IMG/VR virus record: IMGVR_UViG_3300025867_000015
Coordinates: 1 to 64,000 of that record
DNA from: an uncultured virus (IMG/VR IMGVR_UViG_3300025867_000015)
Taxonomy: Duplodnaviria; Heunggongvirae; Uroviricota; Caudoviricetes
Reading direction: 5' to 3' (one strand)
DNA: 64,000 nt
The notes under the pieces were generated by a model. The model was not told the DNA's origin. It ran no database searches and saw only the letters and a list, made by a program, of their open reading frames with translations. Shown one piece after another: positions 60,996 through 64,000 of this stretch. Position 1 is the first letter of the stretch; each line of letters opens with the position of its first letter. The translations under genes were made by a program, and so were the position numbers.

Positions 60996-62855
60996 TTATA
61001 TGAATTGAATATTGGTATTACAATTATAAGGTATTAATTTATCATCAATGAAATCTTTGATATACTCATCTGACATACCTGAATTATTCTTTAAAAAACA
61101 AATCATCTTATTTTTATTATCTATCATTCCTTTTGAAGTATTCAAACTCAATGGCCTGACTACAATATCTTTTATATTAACAACTGCTCCTAAACCAGAA
61201 CAATAAAAATTAATTACTGGCATCAAATATTTTACTTCATTCTGAGAATCATTATACAAATTACTGCCAATATTTATATTTAACGTATCAGCAACATCTG
61301 GTAACTTTATCAATGAATATACTCCTCTTACCCATAAATCTCTACCATTACACAATGAAAATAAAGTGTCTTCAATAAACATATTAGAAGCTGTATCATC
61401 ACTATACTTCTTAGTCTTATCAACTTCATTGAAATCAACATCTAATGTCTTTATACCAAACTGTAAATTAATATTAGCATCTGTTTTAATCACAAAACTA
61501 ATTTCATACCCGGAAATATCATCACTGTCTGTAGCAATAGGTATTGGACAAAATGGGAATAAAGTATTTGGCTTATAAGAATCTAGAGTCATAACATCTA
61601 CAGTATTTAACCCAAATACTCCAGGATTTTCAAAATCTAAAGAATATTGAATATATCCATTACTAATTATAGGCTTAATATTATTAGTCCATAATAATGG
61701 ATATCTACTTAATCTATTTACAACTCCCTTTTCATACGATTTGTTTAAATTAACGCAACTTGCTTCCTGAGAAATAGGGGAGCTAACATCAATAGTTAAC
61801 CCTAATTCTGATGATTTTATCAACTCGGTTAAACATTCACCATCAATATGATTAATCAATCTTCTTATCTCTCCATCAACTCTTACATAATCAATATTAT
61901 CAAATCCAACATTTCTTACCCAATTACTATCCCAGACACCATCAACAGTTACTCCCATTACTCCGGGGTATAAAGGTGCTTTATTACTATCTAATATAAA
62001 TCCTCCTCCTTCATTACATTTCCATTGATATACATCATCAATAGTATAATCACTATTATATTTAGTAACTCTAAGGTTAGCTAAAACAGGTAATGAACCA
62101 TTAAACAAGTGTATAAACGTATATGCATTAACTGTGGAAACTACTATACTACTTATTAGTTCACCATTAATATACAGATAAATATTAGTGCCTACTCTTA
62201 TAAACTTCACATTATTAACAATAGTAACATCTAATGATGCATTATATGTTAAAACATTAGTATAACAATTATATGAAATACTATACACTCCTATATTATT
62301 TTCGTCTGGGTCACTTACTTTCTTTATATGAATAAAACAACTACTTAATGTTCTATAAAATAAATCGCCATCAACAGTTAATAAAGTATCACCATTTTTT
62401 AATAAAATATCAAACTCTATACAATGAAAAAAACCTAAATAAACAGAAGTGTCTAATGAACAAGCCCCACCAATAACACCAATCCCACTATTATTATCTA
62501 TATCTGATTCTATATCTTCTGTTAATTCATACATATTTGATCCAACTTCATCTGATTTACCAATATAATTATCAATTTGTTTAGTGCCTCGTTTACTTAT
62601 TTCTTCTCTCCAGTATTTATACAAATAATCTAACAAATAACTATCTGAATCATTACTAAAAGCAATTTCTCTTGATTTTAAAAATCTTCTAACCATTTCA
62701 TCATAATTATCAATATCTCTAAATACATATCTATAAATATTAAGCATGCCAACTAAATAACAAATAGAATACCAATATGAATAAAAATCCATATCGCCAT
62801 CACCCGAGTCTACAAAAACTCCACCAACTTTAGTATAGTCATTTATTTCAGGCAT
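60996..62855 (-). CDS. Putative baseplate/tail protein with LamG-like insert
   Basis: 619 aa; KRGT motif, central LYINGEL..WKCNEGGG segment. Confidence 0.5.
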   Translation of the reverse strand: MPEINDYTKVGGVFVDSGDGDMDFYSYWYSICYLVGMLNIYRYVFRDIDNYDEMVRRFLKSREIAFSNDSDSYLLDYLYKYWREEISKRGTKQIDNYIGKSDEVGSNMYELTEDIESDIDNNSGIGVIGGACSLDTSVYLGFFHCIEFDILLKNGDTLLTVDGDLFYRTLSSCFIHIKKVSDPDENNIGVYSISYNCYTNVLTYNASLDVTIVNNVKFIRVGTNIYLYINGELISSIVVSTVNAYTFIHLFNGSLPVLANLRVTKYNSDYTIDDVYQWKCNEGGGFILDSNKAPLYPGVMGVTVDGVWDSNWVRNVGFDNIDYVRVDGEIRRLINHIDGECLTELIKSSELGLTIDVSSPISQEASCVNLNKSYEKGVVNRLSRYPLLWTNNIKPIISNGYIQYSLDFENPGVFGLNTVDVMTLDSYKPNTLFPFCPIPIATDSDDISGYEISFVIKTDANINLQFGIKTLDVDFNEVDKTKKYSDDTASNMFIEDTLFSLCNGRDLWVRGVYSLIKLPDVADTLNINIGSNLYNDSQNEVKYLMPVINFYCSGLGAVVNIKDIVVRPLSLNTSKGMIDNKNKMICFLKNNSGMSDEYIKDFIDDKLIPYNCNTNIQFI

Positions 62856-62867
62856 GACAAATTTTAA

Positions 62868-63608
62868 TTATATGATAATTGCATTACTTTCATCATTATT
62901 ATAACTACATCTAGCTAAAGTAGTTAAGGCTGCCCATGCTGCATTATCTGTAACTTCCGGTATTAATGTCCCATCTCTTAATTTTGTTTCACAAATATTA
63001 TCAGCTAAAATTTCAAGACCGCCAATACAAATTGTGCGATACACTTTATCATCATTTCCTATATATATCCCTGACTCCCCATTCTCTAAAGTTGTCGAAT
63101 CCTTTATTACTCTTATGGATCTCCCACTTTTTTCTTCTCCCAAATAAGCCATAACAAAATAACTATGTAAATAACTAAAAATAATTTCAGAAGGAGTTTC
63201 ATAAACTAAATCTGATGTCATAATATTGCTAATATTTTTTAAATCAGAAAATGTACCATCAGAGTTTCTTTTACCACCGCCTCTTGCATTAAATCCATAT
63301 AAATTATCAGCACCAGTATTAGGTGAATTCCAAAAATCATTAATAATATCTTTCATATGTCCACCTCCTATTTCATATCCACCCACACTATCTTCAATAG
63401 TTATATATTCATCTCTAGATGCCACATGCCACCCTATAGCAGCTAATTCATTACCATTTAATACAGTATATGGATTATATAAATATCCAAATTTTACAGA
63501 TGTAATAATAGGACTAGGATCACTTCCACCTGTGAAATAATTCAATTTCCACCAATTCTTAATGACATCCTTGGATGTCACTTTTATATTTGCTATATAT
63601 GTCGACAT
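62868..63608 (-). CDS. FISUMP (Fib_succ_major)-like domain protein, circularly permuted
   Basis: FGYLYN, GWHV, WNSPNTGADN..GFNARGGG.R, SIRVIKD, then GNDDKVYRTICIG. Confidence 0.75.
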   Translation of the reverse strand: MSTYIANIKVTSKDVIKNWWKLNYFTGGSDPSPIITSVKFGYLYNPYTVLNGNELAAIGWHVASRDEYITIEDSVGGYEIGGGHMKDIINDFWNSPNTGADNLYGFNARGGGKRNSDGTFSDLKNISNIMTSDLVYETPSEIIFSYLHSYFVMAYLGEEKSGRSIRVIKDSTTLENGESGIYIGNDDKVYRTICIGGLEILADNICETKLRDGTLIPEVTDNAAWAALTTLARCSYNNDESNAIII

Positions 63609-63611
63609 ATC

Positions 63612-64000
63612 TTATATATTGTTTTCATCTCCATTAGGATAGCACCATGCTCCTGTAGATAAATGGCCCCAAATAGAATTGCTATCTACAAAAGATATAG
63701 AATCACCATTACGGTAATGTTTCACTTTTAAATTAGTAGTTGCCCACCTTTGCTCACCTATAACTATAATATCATACACATTACCATCATAATCCGTTAT
63801 CTGACTAGGAGGCGGATTACTTTGTGAGAATAATGACATATCTATCAAAAATCTAACAGACATACCTACCTTATTATATTCATACGATCTTACTAATGAT
63901 ACTAATGAATCTGATAACTTTCTATACCAAGATCTATCATAAGAATACTGTGTATCGGTCCACCACAATCCTTCTGATTGGAATTGATGATATACCCCAT
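63612..64000 (-). CDS. FISUMP-like domain protein, 5'-truncated by the window
   Basis: Frame is open to the window end; WWT...GMSVRFLID...DYDGNVYDIIVIGEQRWATTNLKV.HYRNGD. Confidence 0.75.
   Translation of the reverse strand, partial: GVYHQFQSEGLWWTDTQYSYDRSWYRKLSDSLVSLVRSYEYNKVGMSVRFLIDMSLFSQSNPPPSQITDYDGNVYDIIVIGEQRWATTNLKVKHYRNGDSISFVDSNSIWGHLSTGAWCYPNGDENNI

Noticed and set aside
1179..63540. Plus-strand ORFs in the supplied track
   Set aside because: Nearly all are antisense shadows of longer minus-strand genes with recognisable motifs, have S/L/F/I-biased composition, and show no family signature.
1..64000. Stop-codon reassignment
   Set aside because: Long conserved genes are intact in the standard code, TAG and TGA both terminate genes at expected positions (e.g. 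dnaE, groEL), and no suppressor tRNA was seen.
62868..64000. Diversity-generating retroelement
   Set aside because: No reverse transcriptase and no adenine-mismatched repeat pair is visible in the window.
1..64000. Bacterial chromosome or prophage origin for recA/groEL/dnaE/que genes
   Set aside because: These genes are interspersed with portal, terminase and tail genes in single-strand phage-like operons, and there is no integrase, rRNA or ribosomal protein gene.

Overview
64 kb of a large, very AT-rich lytic dsDNA phage genome in which essentially all real genes lie on the minus strand. The host is probably Bacteroidota, based on TTTG/TAnnTTTG-type promoters, a tmRNA tag that resumes on Gly, and FISUMP-domain proteins. 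From right to left the window holds tail/baseplate genes; a replication block (DEDDh exonuclease, large terminase, helicase, primase); a complete 7-deazaguanine cluster (QueD, QueE, FolE, DpdA/TGT-like, QueF, QueC) interleaved with MazG, dUTPase, a kinase and ThyX; DnaE; recombination genes (gp32-like SSB, SbcCD, RecA, RuvC-like); NAD ligase; SNF2 helicase; RNase H; GroEL; class II RNR with an HNH intein; a TnpB-only IS element; and portal and head genes. The most unusual part is a non-coding RNA island at about 8.5-10.0 kb. It contains tRNA-Leu, two large, heavily paired RNAs that I cannot assign to a family, and a circularly permuted, apparently pseudoknot-free two-piece tmRNA whose intervening segment holds a further structured RNA. 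A 12-nt boxA-like motif precedes three of these units. Other notable features are a 19-bp palindrome placed at helically phased distances from six promoters, a two-cassette integron attC-like array, and iteron-like repeats at a truncated replication-initiator gene. All calls come from reading motifs by eye; no database search or folding program was run.
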